Source of the DNA: Halobacteriaceae archaeon
GTDB taxonomy: Archaea > Halobacteriota > Halobacteria > Halobacteriales > Halobacteriaceae
Direction: 5' to 3'
Assembly (NCBI GenBank): GCA_042216675.1
Contig: JBDGTS010000037.1
Span: 1-25,255, forward strand
Length of the DNA: 25,255 nucleotides
Position numbers and translations under genes: made by a program. Below are positions 1 to 7,346 of this stretch, piece after piece. How positions within the stretch are numbered: the stretch's first letter is position 1; each line of letters begins with the position of its first letter. Below the pieces are notes generated by a model. It was not told where the DNA came from. It did not search any database and saw only the letters and a list, made by a program, of their open reading frames with translations.

Positions 1-45
1 CTTCGCTTTGGAGGGCCGAAGCGTCAGCGGGGACCAATTCAGGGC

Positions 46-87
46 GGCAGCGGGCCGCGGCGTTTTGCCGCGGCCTGCTTCCTTCTT
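46..87 (+). terminator. GC-rich hairpin followed by a pyrimidine tract (terminator or 3' end of an upstream RNA)
   Basis: AGCGGGCCGCGGCG (49-62) pairs with TGCCGCGGCCTGCT (66-79), 14 bp including 2 G-U, TTT loop, followed by TCCTTCTT; no convincing ORF here. Confidence 0.45.
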
Positions 88-122
88 CGGACCCAACGTG
101 CGTAGCGACGGCTGGCGCCACG

Positions 123-130
123 CTTAAGTC
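123..130 (+). promoter_or_regulatory. TATA-like box for a probably leaderless PadR transcript
   Basis: CTTAAGT about 31-25 nt upstream of ATG 154, in an AT-rich patch. Confidence 0.55.
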
Positions 131-153
131 GCCCATATTACATATCTCACAGT

Positions 154-426
154 ATGGACGACCTCACCGGGTTTCAACGCGACCTTCTGTACGTCATCGC
201 CGGACTGGAATCGCCCCACGGACTCGCCATCAAGGAGGAACTCGACCCGTACGTCGAAGGGTCGATTCAGCACGGGCGCTTGTATCCGAACCTCGACACG
301 CTCGTCGAGCGAGGGCTGGTGGAGAAGGGGGCGCGTGACCGGCGGACGAACTTCTACACGCTCACGGAGGCAGGGCGGGAGACGCTCCGCGCCCGCCGGG
401 AGTGGGAGGCGCAGTACGTCGACTGA
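154..426 (+). CDS. PadR-family winged-helix transcription regulator (haloarchaeal RosR-like type)
   Basis: LTGFQRDLL...HGLAIKEEL...HGRLYPNLDTLVERGLVEKG...RTNFYTLTEAG is the typical haloarchaeal PadR signature; 90 aa. Confidence 0.93.
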   Translation: MDDLTGFQRDLLYVIAGLESPHGLAIKEELDPYVEGSIQHGRLYPNLDTLVERGLVEKGARDRRTNFYTLTEAGRETLRARREWEAQYVD

Positions 427-656
427 TGGTGTCGGCACGGACCGCCACGGCCGTCGTCGGACTCGTCGCCAGCCTCGCCCTCTCCGTCGCGCTGTGGGTG
501 TTCTTCGACACGCTCGCGCTGTTTCTGGTGGTCCCGTTCGTGCCGCTGCTGGCGCGGCGGGCCCGACCATCGGTTCGGGAGTGTCCCGAGTGTGGCTTCC
601 GGACCCGTGACCCGCGCTACGACTACTGCCCCCACGACGGCACCGAACTCGACTGA
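426..656 (+). CDS. small membrane protein with C-terminal zinc ribbon (CPxCG type)
   Basis: ATG 426 overlaps the PadR stop (TGATG); hydrophobic N-terminal half, then CPECG...CPHDG; 76 aa. Confidence 0.85.
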   Translation: MVSARTATAVVGLVASLALSVALWVFFDTLALFLVVPFVPLLARRARPSVRECPECGFRTRDPRYDYCPHDGTELD

Positions 657-695
657 GGGCGTGGGATTTAGGCAGTGGGGCGAGTGGGGTCCGGC

Positions 696-1985
696 GTGGA
701 CATCGCATCGTGGCTCGGGGCCGCACCGATGGAGAACCCGGCGGTCAGACTCGTCGTCTCGCTGGCACTAGGGCTGTTTCTCGGCCTCGAACGGGAGTGG
801 TCGCAGAAGGCCGCCGGCATCCGCACGTTCGCGCTGGTGAGCGTACTGGGCACCGCGTTCACCGTCTACGACAGGGCGGCGGGCGCCGGCACGGACGGCG
901 CCTACCTGCCGCTGGTGTCGGCCGTCGGCGTCGTGTTCGTCACGATGCTCGCCGGCGGCCTCGTCTACGGCGGCATCGTCGCGGACGAGGGGAGGAACCT
1001 CACCACGGCCGTCGGCCTCCTCATCTCCTACGGCGTGGGCCTGCTGGTGGGCATCGGCGAAGTCGTGCCCGCCACCGTCGTCGCCGTCACGAGTTCGCTG
1101 CTGCTCGTCCTGAAACGTGAACTCCACGGCTTCGCGTGGGGCCTCTCCCGCGAGGAACTGCGCTCCGTCACCGAGTTCGCCATCCTCGCGTTCGTCATCT
1201 ACCCGCTTCTGCCCGCCGATTCCATCTCGCTCGGCGCGAACGTCAGCATCGAACCCCGCGTCGTGTGGCTGATGGTCGTCTTCGTCGCGGGACTCGGACT
1301 AGTGAACTACGTCATCGCGACGCTGTACGGCGGCCGCGGCATCGCAGTCACGGGCTTCTTCGGCGGCCTCGCGTCCTCGACGGCAGTCGTCGGCGCGGTA
1401 CGGGACGACGTTGCCCGCCGGCCCGAACTCGCGGGCTACGGCGTCGCGGCGGTGTCGCTGGCGAACGCAGCGATGGCGACGCGGAACGCCCTCATCGTCG
1501 TCCTGTTCACCGCGAGCGCGCGCCCCCTCGTCGCCGCGCTTGCGCCCCTCGGCGCGGCAATCGTCGGGAGCGTCGCGGTGGCGGGAGTGAGCGCCGACTG
1601 GACCGCGGACCTCGACATCGAGATGGAGACGCCGTTCTCGCTCCGGAACGCGCTCGGCTTCGGCGCGCTGTTCCTCGTCGTCGTCCTCGCAAACAGCGCC
1701 GCCGGCGCGGAGTTCGGGCGCCTCGGTCTGTACGTCACCACTGCCATCGCCGGCCTCGTGTCCAGCGCCGGCGCCGTCATCTCCGTCGTCCTGCTGTACC
1801 GCACAGGGTCGCTCACCGCCGGGGGCGCCGTCGTCGCCGTGACGCTCGCGACGCTGTCGAGCGTCGGCGTGAAGGCCCTGCTGGCGGCGTCGAGCGCGAA
1901 CCGCGACTTCGGCCGGCGGACGGTCCTGTGGAGCGTCGCCGTCGGCATCGCCGTCGCCGCGAGCGCCGTCGCCGTCGTCGCCTAG
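696..1985 (+). CDS. MgtC/SapB family membrane protein with DUF4010-type C-terminal region
   Basis: LALGLFLGLERE...AGIRTFALVS...LTTA MgtC motifs; GFFGGLASSTA and AGLVSS repeats; many TM helices. Start uncertain (GTG 675, GTG 696 or ATG 729). Confidence 0.88.
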   Translation: MDIASWLGAAPMENPAVRLVVSLALGLFLGLEREWSQKAAGIRTFALVSVLGTAFTVYDRAAGAGTDGAYLPLVSAVGVVFVTMLAGGLVYGGIVADEGRNLTTAVGLLISYGVGLLVGIGEVVPATVVAVTSSLLLVLKRELHGFAWGLSREELRSVTEFAILAFVIYPLLPADSISLGANVSIEPRVVWLMVVFVAGLGLVNYVIATLYGGRGIAVTGFFGGLASSTAVVGAVRDDVARRPELAGYGVAAVSLANAAMATRNALIVVLFTASARPLVAALAPLGAAIVGSVAVAGVSADWTADLDIEMETPFSLRNALGFGALFLVVVLANSAAGAEFGRLGLYVTTAIAGLVSSAGAVISVVLLYRTGSLTAGGAVVAVTLATLSSVGVKALLAASSANRDFGRRTVLWSVAVGIAVAASAVAVVA

Positions 1986-2302
1986 AACGTGTAGCGGTCC
2001 CGGCCGTCCTCGGTGGCGCTGAAGCCCTGCCCGCCTGCCATCTCGTCGTAGGTCATACCGGAGAGGTACTCGTCGTAGGTGACGTCGAACTCCGTGCGAA
2101 GGTGGAAGTCGAGTTTCCCCGTCTCGACGGTGCGCTGGAAGAAGTCGTGAATCGCGCGCCGCACCAGCTCCTCGTGGTCGTCGGTGTCGAGACCGGCGAG
2201 GAGCATCGCGAGTTCCGAGCGCGTCTCGTCGTCGAGGTACGGTTCGTCGTCGAGAGCGTCCGTGGCGTCGGCCACCGCTGATTCGAGGTCGTCGAGGCTC
2301 AC
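1982..2302 (-). CDS. haloarchaeal hypothetical protein, possible ribbon-helix-helix core
   Basis: Acidic 106-aa ORF with typical codon usage, GTG start; LDDETRSELAML...EELVRRAI resembles an RHH pattern. Confidence 0.8.
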   Translation of the reverse strand: MSLDDLESAVADATDALDDEPYLDDETRSELAMLLAGLDTDDHEELVRRAIHDFFQRTVETGKLDFHLRTEFDVTYDEYLSGMTYDEMAGGQGFSATEDGRDRYTF

Positions 2303-2348
2303 GGCCGACGTTCGGGGGCGAGCGGTTAGGGGGTTTCGGCTCGGGTTC

Positions 2349-3043
2349 TCAGGCCGAAAGCGCCGCCGATGGGATGTCGACGGTCACCGGGCGGTCGAAC
2401 CACCGGAATCGCGTCGTGACCGTCGTCGTCGCCGACTCGCCGCCGCGGGAGACGCTCGCCTCGGCTCGGGACTGCCAGACGTATCCCGTCTCTCGGCCGA
2501 TCCAGAGTCGCACCGTGTAGGAGTCGAGCTCCCGCGTGCCTGTCAGGGCGGCCACCGCGTCGTCGTCGGGATGGGCCTCGACGACGGTCACCGGGTGGCC
2601 GTCGAGGCTGTCGTTGCGCAAGAAGGTGACGCGCCCGGAGTCGAGGAGCGAGCGCTGTCGCTCGACGCTCGCGCCGTCGGTCCACGGGGCGCTGTTCCGA
2701 GTTCGAAACTCCCAGTCGCCGCCCTGTTTGGCCCACAGCGAGTCGTTCGCGACGTAGATGCGGCGCTCCCCGTCCGGCGCGCTCACGTTGAATCGGCCGC
2801 GGTTCGTGCGCTGGTTCACGACGCCCGAGAGCGTCACGGAATCGGAGGTCCCGGGCGTCACGACGGCCACGGTCATCGTCACGCCCACCGTCTGTACGTC
2901 GTCCATCGCCGCTAGCGCCCGGTCGCGAGCGTCCGCGGCGACGGGGTCCGACGTCGGCCCGGAGAGCGGGGACACGGCGCTACACCCGGCGGTCAGGAGG
3001 AGTGTGGCCGCGAGGAGGGTCGCGGCCCATCTGCGGGGGCCAT
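2349..3043 (-). pseudogene. secreted lipoprotein (LppX/LolA-like beta-rich fold) with an apparent 1-nt frameshift near the start; pseudogene or sequence error
   Basis: The frame of ORF 2349..2975 extends upstream as RRWAATLLAATLLLTAGC (signal peptide plus lipobox) but has no in-frame start; ATG at 3043 is 695 nt from the end, one base short, across a G5 run at 3035-3039. Confidence 0.65.
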
Positions 3044-3119
3044 ATCCGTGGCTTCGACGCGTGGCTGAAATACGTTGGGACCGCCAGCGTCAAACCGCGG
3101 GCGCGCCGACTGGGGGCTG

Positions 3120-4037
3120 ATGACCGACGACGGGTGGTCGCTTCCCGACGACAGGCGCGCGGTCCGGCAGGCGCTGACCTCGTGGTACGAGGCCGACCAC
3201 CGGTCGTTCCCGTGGCGCGAGACGACGGACCCCTACGCCATCCTCGTCTCCGAGGTGATGAGCCAGCAGACCCAACTCGGCCGCGTCGAGACGGCCTTCG
3301 AGGCCTTCCTCGACCGGTGGCCCGCCGTCGCGGACCTCGCGGCCGCCGACCGGAGCGACGTGGTGGCGTTCTGGACCGACCACAGCCTCGGCTACAACAA
3401 CCGCGCCCGCTACCTCCACGAGGCCGCCGAGCAAGTCGTCTCCGAGTTCGACGGCGACTTCCCCGAGTCGCCGGAGGAGCTGCAGGAACTGATGGGCGTC
3501 GGGCCGTACACCGCCAACGCCGTCGCGTCCTTCGCGTTCAACAACGGCGATGCAGTCGTGGACACGAACGTCAAGCGGGTCCTCCACCGCGCGTTCGACG
3601 TGCCCGACGACGACGCCGCGTTCGAAGAAGCGGCGTCGGCCCTGATGCCCGCCGGCGAGTCCCGCGTCTGGAACAACGCCATCATGGAACTCGGCGGCGT
3701 GGCGTGCACGCAGACGCCAAAGTGCGACGAGGCCGGGTGCCCGTGGCGCGACCGGTGTTCGGCCTACGAGACGGGCGATTTCACCGCCCCCGACGTGCCC
3801 GAACAGCCGGAGTTCGAGGGGAGCAGGCGACAGATGCGCGGCCGCGTCGTCCGGACGCTCGGCGAGTACGACGAACTGACTCTCGACGAACTCGGCCCGA
3901 AAGTCCGCGTGGACTACGCGCCCGACGGCGACCACGGGCGGGAGTGGCTTCGCGGCCTGCTCTCGGACCTCGCGAGCGACGGGTTGGTGCAGATAGAGGA
4001 GCGAAACGGCGCCACCGTCGCGCGACTGCAGGGCTGA
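3120..4037 (+). CDS. mutY: A/G-specific adenine DNA glycosylase (HhH-GPD family)
   Basis: RSFPWRET, PYAILVSEVMSQQT, LGYNNRARYL, HhH LMGVGPYTA, VVDTNVKRV, 4-Cys Fe-S motif. Confidence 0.92.
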   Translation: MTDDGWSLPDDRRAVRQALTSWYEADHRSFPWRETTDPYAILVSEVMSQQTQLGRVETAFEAFLDRWPAVADLAAADRSDVVAFWTDHSLGYNNRARYLHEAAEQVVSEFDGDFPESPEELQELMGVGPYTANAVASFAFNNGDAVVDTNVKRVLHRAFDVPDDDAAFEEAASALMPAGESRVWNNAIMELGGVACTQTPKCDEAGCPWRDRCSAYETGDFTAPDVPEQPEFEGSRRQMRGRVVRTLGEYDELTLDELGPKVRVDYAPDGDHGREWLRGLLSDLASDGLVQIEERNGATVARLQG

Positions 4038-4038
4038 C

Positions 4039-4977
4039 TCACTCTTCGACTCGCTCTCGTGTCACGTCCGTCACCGAGAGGTCCTCGCCCACGGTCAGCG
4101 TCAGCACCTCGCTGTCGGCCCGGAACGAGAACGCCGCCTCGAACGGGTCGGCCGACAGAATCATCTCTTCGAGGGCGCCGACGTGGAACCCCTCCGGGGC
4201 GATGGGGTCGACGCCGTGGTCGAGCATGAACGCCATGAGGTCCGGGTCGGCGAGGAGGTGTTTGGTGAAGATAGCCTCCTCCTCGAAGACGCAGTTCGTG
4301 CAGGCCGTCTGCATCGTGACGCCGAACTGCTGGTCACAGCGGTCACAGCGGCCCGTACCGCCGTCGTGGTCCTCGCAGACCCGCACCGATCGAGTGACGG
4401 CCGCCGAACACCGGGGGCAGACGCCGCGGGCGATGGCGTGGGCCTCAGTGACGGTCCAGATTTCGGCGGCTCCGAGGAGTTCCTCGGGGGTCCGGTCGCG
4501 GACGCCGGCCGGTGGGAGGCTCACGGTACCGAGAACGTCGTCGCCGGCCTCCGGTCGCGTCGTGTCGCTTTCCTCGCCCCGGGTCCCACCGCAGTGTGGG
4601 CAGTAGAGGCCGACGCGTTCGTTCCGGTAGCTCAGTTCGAGGGCGCCGCCACAGCAGGAACACGGCACCGAGACGGGCGTGCGTTCGACGACGGGCGACT
4701 GAGTAACAGCGCCCGAGAGGACGGCCTCGACGACACGCTGACCCGCCTGCGTGAGGGCGTAGCCGTCGTCCATCGAGCGGAGGAACTGGCCGTCGAGTCT
4801 GTCGAGATGGTAGCTGAAGTTCGCCGTCGTCTCGTAGTCGACGCGGTCGAACAGCGCGGAGAACGTCAGGGACCCGTCAGCGGTTCCGAGCGCCTGCAGT
4901 ATCTCTATGCGTGGCTCGCTTCCCAACAGGGCGAACGCTTCGTCGGGCGACAGGCCACCGGGCGCCTCGTCCCCCAT
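4039..4977 (-). CDS. ArsR-like winged-helix regulator with multiple Cys zinc-ribbon motifs
   Basis: SPDEAFALLGSEPRIEILQAL...LTFSALFDRV...NFSYHLDRL HTH; CSCC, CPHC, CPRC, CEDH, CDRC, CTNC (12 Cys). Confidence 0.88.
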   Translation of the reverse strand: MGDEAPGGLSPDEAFALLGSEPRIEILQALGTADGSLTFSALFDRVDYETTANFSYHLDRLDGQFLRSMDDGYALTQAGQRVVEAVLSGAVTQSPVVERTPVSVPCSCCGGALELSYRNERVGLYCPHCGGTRGEESDTTRPEAGDDVLGTVSLPPAGVRDRTPEELLGAAEIWTVTEAHAIARGVCPRCSAAVTRSVRVCEDHDGGTGRCDRCDQQFGVTMQTACTNCVFEEEAIFTKHLLADPDLMAFMLDHGVDPIAPEGFHVGALEEMILSADPFEAAFSFRADSEVLTLTVGEDLSVTDVTRERVEE

Positions 4978-5057
4978 GTGTGAAATATTACCACGGAGAC
5001 ACCTAAATCCAGGTGCTGAGGGGACGTGACATCTACCCAACTATAACGCCGTACAGA

Positions 5058-5067
5058 TTATATTTTT
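5058..5067 (+). promoter_or_regulatory. TATA-like box upstream of the cupredoxin gene
   Basis: ATTATATTTT, the most AT-rich element of the divergent intergenic region, about 135 nt upstream of ATG 5200. Confidence 0.45.
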
Positions 5068-5199
5068 GGTCCACCGGCCCGTCTCTCCCCGTGTCTCGCC
5101 GTGCCAGATGGGGTCACGTCACGGAGAGGCGGCCGGAACCGGTGCGGCCAGGCGCGCGGGGGCGTCCGCTCGTCGCATCCGGTCCCGGCGGAGAGTATA

Positions 5200-5835
5200 A
5201 TGCAACCCCAAGATGATGCAGACGACGACAGCATCGATGACTCGACAGACGCGACGCGCCGCCGCCTGCTTCGCGTCGGGGCGCTCGGGACGGGGGCGCT
5301 CCTCGCGGGTGGGGCCGTCGGCTCCGCTGCGGGCCAGCAGACGGGAGACAGCGACTACGGTGGCGGCAACGCCATCGGGGCGTTCCTGAACGAGGAGGCG
5401 GCGTTCAAGCGTCGACCGATATGGGACGGCGGGGTGGCCGACCGGACTGGCGAGGACGTCGTCGAAGTGACCGTCGGCGCGATGACGTCCATCGACGTGC
5501 CGGATCCGGACGTGCCGGACCGCGCCCCGTTCGCGTTCGCCCCGCGAGCGGTCAAGGTGTCGCGCGGGACGACCATCCGATGGATCTGGGTGTCGAACCC
5601 CTTCGACTTCCCCATCCCGCACGACGTGACGTCGCTGGACACGATGCCCGACGGGAGCCGACTGTTCTCGTCGGGACTGAAGCAGTACACCGACGCCGAC
5701 CCGACGTTCGAACACACGTTCGACGAGAGAGACACGCACCTCTACTTCTGCACGCCGCACGGCGCGCCGTTCGAGGTCCATGGGCACGTCAACGCCTTCG
5801 GCATGCGCGGCGCGATTATCGTGGCGGGCGAGTAG
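5200..5835 (+). CDS. Tat-exported halocyanin/plastocyanin-like blue copper protein
   Basis: TRRRLLR plus hydrophobic stretch (Tat signal); FAFAPRAVKVSRGTTIRW, PHDV, YFCTPH...GMRGAIIV give the His/Cys/His/Met ligand set. Confidence 0.88.
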   Translation: MQPQDDADDDSIDDSTDATRRRLLRVGALGTGALLAGGAVGSAAGQQTGDSDYGGGNAIGAFLNEEAAFKRRPIWDGGVADRTGEDVVEVTVGAMTSIDVPDPDVPDRAPFAFAPRAVKVSRGTTIRWIWVSNPFDFPIPHDVTSLDTMPDGSRLFSSGLKQYTDADPTFEHTFDERDTHLYFCTPHGAPFEVHGHVNAFGMRGAIIVAGE

Positions 5836-5894
5836 AGGGGGACTCCATTTTTCGGAGCGCCCGGCCGCTGTCAGAAGCGTAAAGGGCCGCGACC

Positions 5895-6698
5895 TTATCG
5901 CGTGACCATCGACACGTCGAGCCAGTCGCTTGAGTGCGTGAGCGACCCCATCGACACCACGTCCACGCCCGCGTCGGCGTAATCCGCGACATTCTCCGGG
6001 GTGATGCCGCCCGAGGCCTCGACGGTGACGCCGAACTCCGCGAGAGCGGCCACGCAGTCGCCCGTCTCGGCGGGGGCCATGTTGTCGAGGAGAAGCACGT
6101 CGGCGCCCAGTTCGGCCGCGCGGACGGCTTGGGACTCGGTTTCGGCCTCGACTTCGACGACGGTGGTGAAACTCGCCCGCTCGACGGCCTCGGTGACGGC
6201 GGCGTCGAGGCCGACGACGGCGATGTGATTCTCCTTGATGAGCACCGCGTCGGCGAGGCTGTAGCGGTGCGGGTCGCCGCCGCCGACGCGCACGGCCTTC
6301 TTCTCGAAGTCGCGATAGCCGGGGGTCGTCTTGCGGGTGGCGGCGACGCGCGTGTCTCCCGCTCGGTCCACACACCGGCGGGTCGCGGTGGCGACGCCGC
6401 TCATGCTTCCGAGGAGATTGAGCGCGAGGCGTTCGCCGCGGAGGACGCTGTCCGCCGCGCCCTCGACGGCCAGCAGTTCGTCGCCGGCCGCGATTCGGTC
6501 GCCGTCATCGACGCGGGCCTCGGCGCGGACGTCGAGTTCCTCGAAGGTGGCGACGGCCTCCTCGACGCCGGCGGCCACGCCGTCCTCGCGGGTGACGGCG
6601 ACGGCGGCCGTCTCGTGGCCGGCCACCAAGTCGTCCGTCACGTCGCGCCAGCGTGGCCCGTCCTCGTCGAGAAACGCCCGGAGTCGGTCCTGTAGCAT
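5895..6698 (-). CDS. nadC: nicotinate-nucleotide diphosphorylase (carboxylating), quinolinate phosphoribosyltransferase
   Basis: ERLALNLL, SGVATAT, ATRKTTPG, HRYSLADAVLIKENH, EVEAE, LLDNM, EASGGIT; real start ATG 6698. Confidence 0.93.
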   Translation of the reverse strand: MLQDRLRAFLDEDGPRWRDVTDDLVAGHETAAVAVTREDGVAAGVEEAVATFEELDVRAEARVDDGDRIAAGDELLAVEGAADSVLRGERLALNLLGSMSGVATATRRCVDRAGDTRVAATRKTTPGYRDFEKKAVRVGGGDPHRYSLADAVLIKENHIAVVGLDAAVTEAVERASFTTVVEVEAETESQAVRAAELGADVLLLDNMAPAETGDCVAALAEFGVTVEASGGITPENVADYADAGVDVVSMGSLTHSSDWLDVSMVTR

Positions 6699-6776
6699 GG
6701 CCGGGCCGACGGGGTGAACCCACAAGAATCGCCCGGGATGGAAAGCGTTCAGTGCCCGGGGGCGGAAGGGGCGGCC

Positions 6777-7346
6777 ATGACAGCCCACGTCGTCGGTATC
6801 TGCGGGAGTCTCAGGGAGGCGAGCAAGACGCGCGTGGCACTCGGCGCCGCTCTCGACGCCGCCCGGGAGCAGGGGACTACTGCGGAACTGCTCGACTTGC
6901 GCGAGTACGACCTTCCGGTGTTCGACGCGGAGGCCCCCGGCGACGTGGCGGCGCTGACGGACGCGGTGGCCGAGGCAGATGCGATTCTGCTCGGCACTCC
7001 GGTCTACCACGGCTCCTACGCCTCGCCGCTCAAGACGGCCATCGACTACTGTGGCTTCGACGAGTTCGAGAACAAGACGGTCGGACTGCTCGCCGTCGGC
7101 GGCGGGCGCTTCCCCGTGACGGCGCTCGAACATCTCCGCTCGGTCTGTCGCGCCCTCGACGCGTGGGTCCTCCCGCGCGAGGCGGCGGTGCCCCGGAGCG
7201 ACGAGGCCATCGAGGACGGCGCGTTCGTCGACGCGGACCTCCACGAGCGCGTGGCCTCGCTGGGCGAACGCGCGGTCCAGTACGCGAACATCGAGGCCGA
7301 ACCGCCGACGCCCGAAAGCGCCGAGAACGTGGGGGCCGACGACTAA
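6777..7346 (+). CDS. NAD(P)H-dependent FMN reductase (SsuE/flavodoxin-like)
   Basis: GICGSLREAS P-loop, ADAILLGTPVYHGSYASPLKTAID. Confidence 0.92.
   Translation: MTAHVVGICGSLREASKTRVALGAALDAAREQGTTAELLDLREYDLPVFDAEAPGDVAALTDAVAEADAILLGTPVYHGSYASPLKTAIDYCGFDEFENKTVGLLAVGGGRFPVTALEHLRSVCRALDAWVLPREAAVPRSDEAIEDGAFVDADLHERVASLGERAVQYANIEAEPPTPESAENVGADD

Noticed and set aside
1-45. CAGCGGGGACC segment reminiscent of haloarchaeal SRP RNA, and CCGA as a possible box D
   Set aside because: The downstream sequence lacks the SRP helix 6/8 motifs and no box C is visible in the window, so no RNA family was assigned.
2980-3030. ATG at 3030 (minus strand) as an alternative lipoprotein start
   Set aside because: It is also out of frame (reads MGRDPP... 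to a stop), would lose the RR motif, and fits the TATA spacing less well than 3043.
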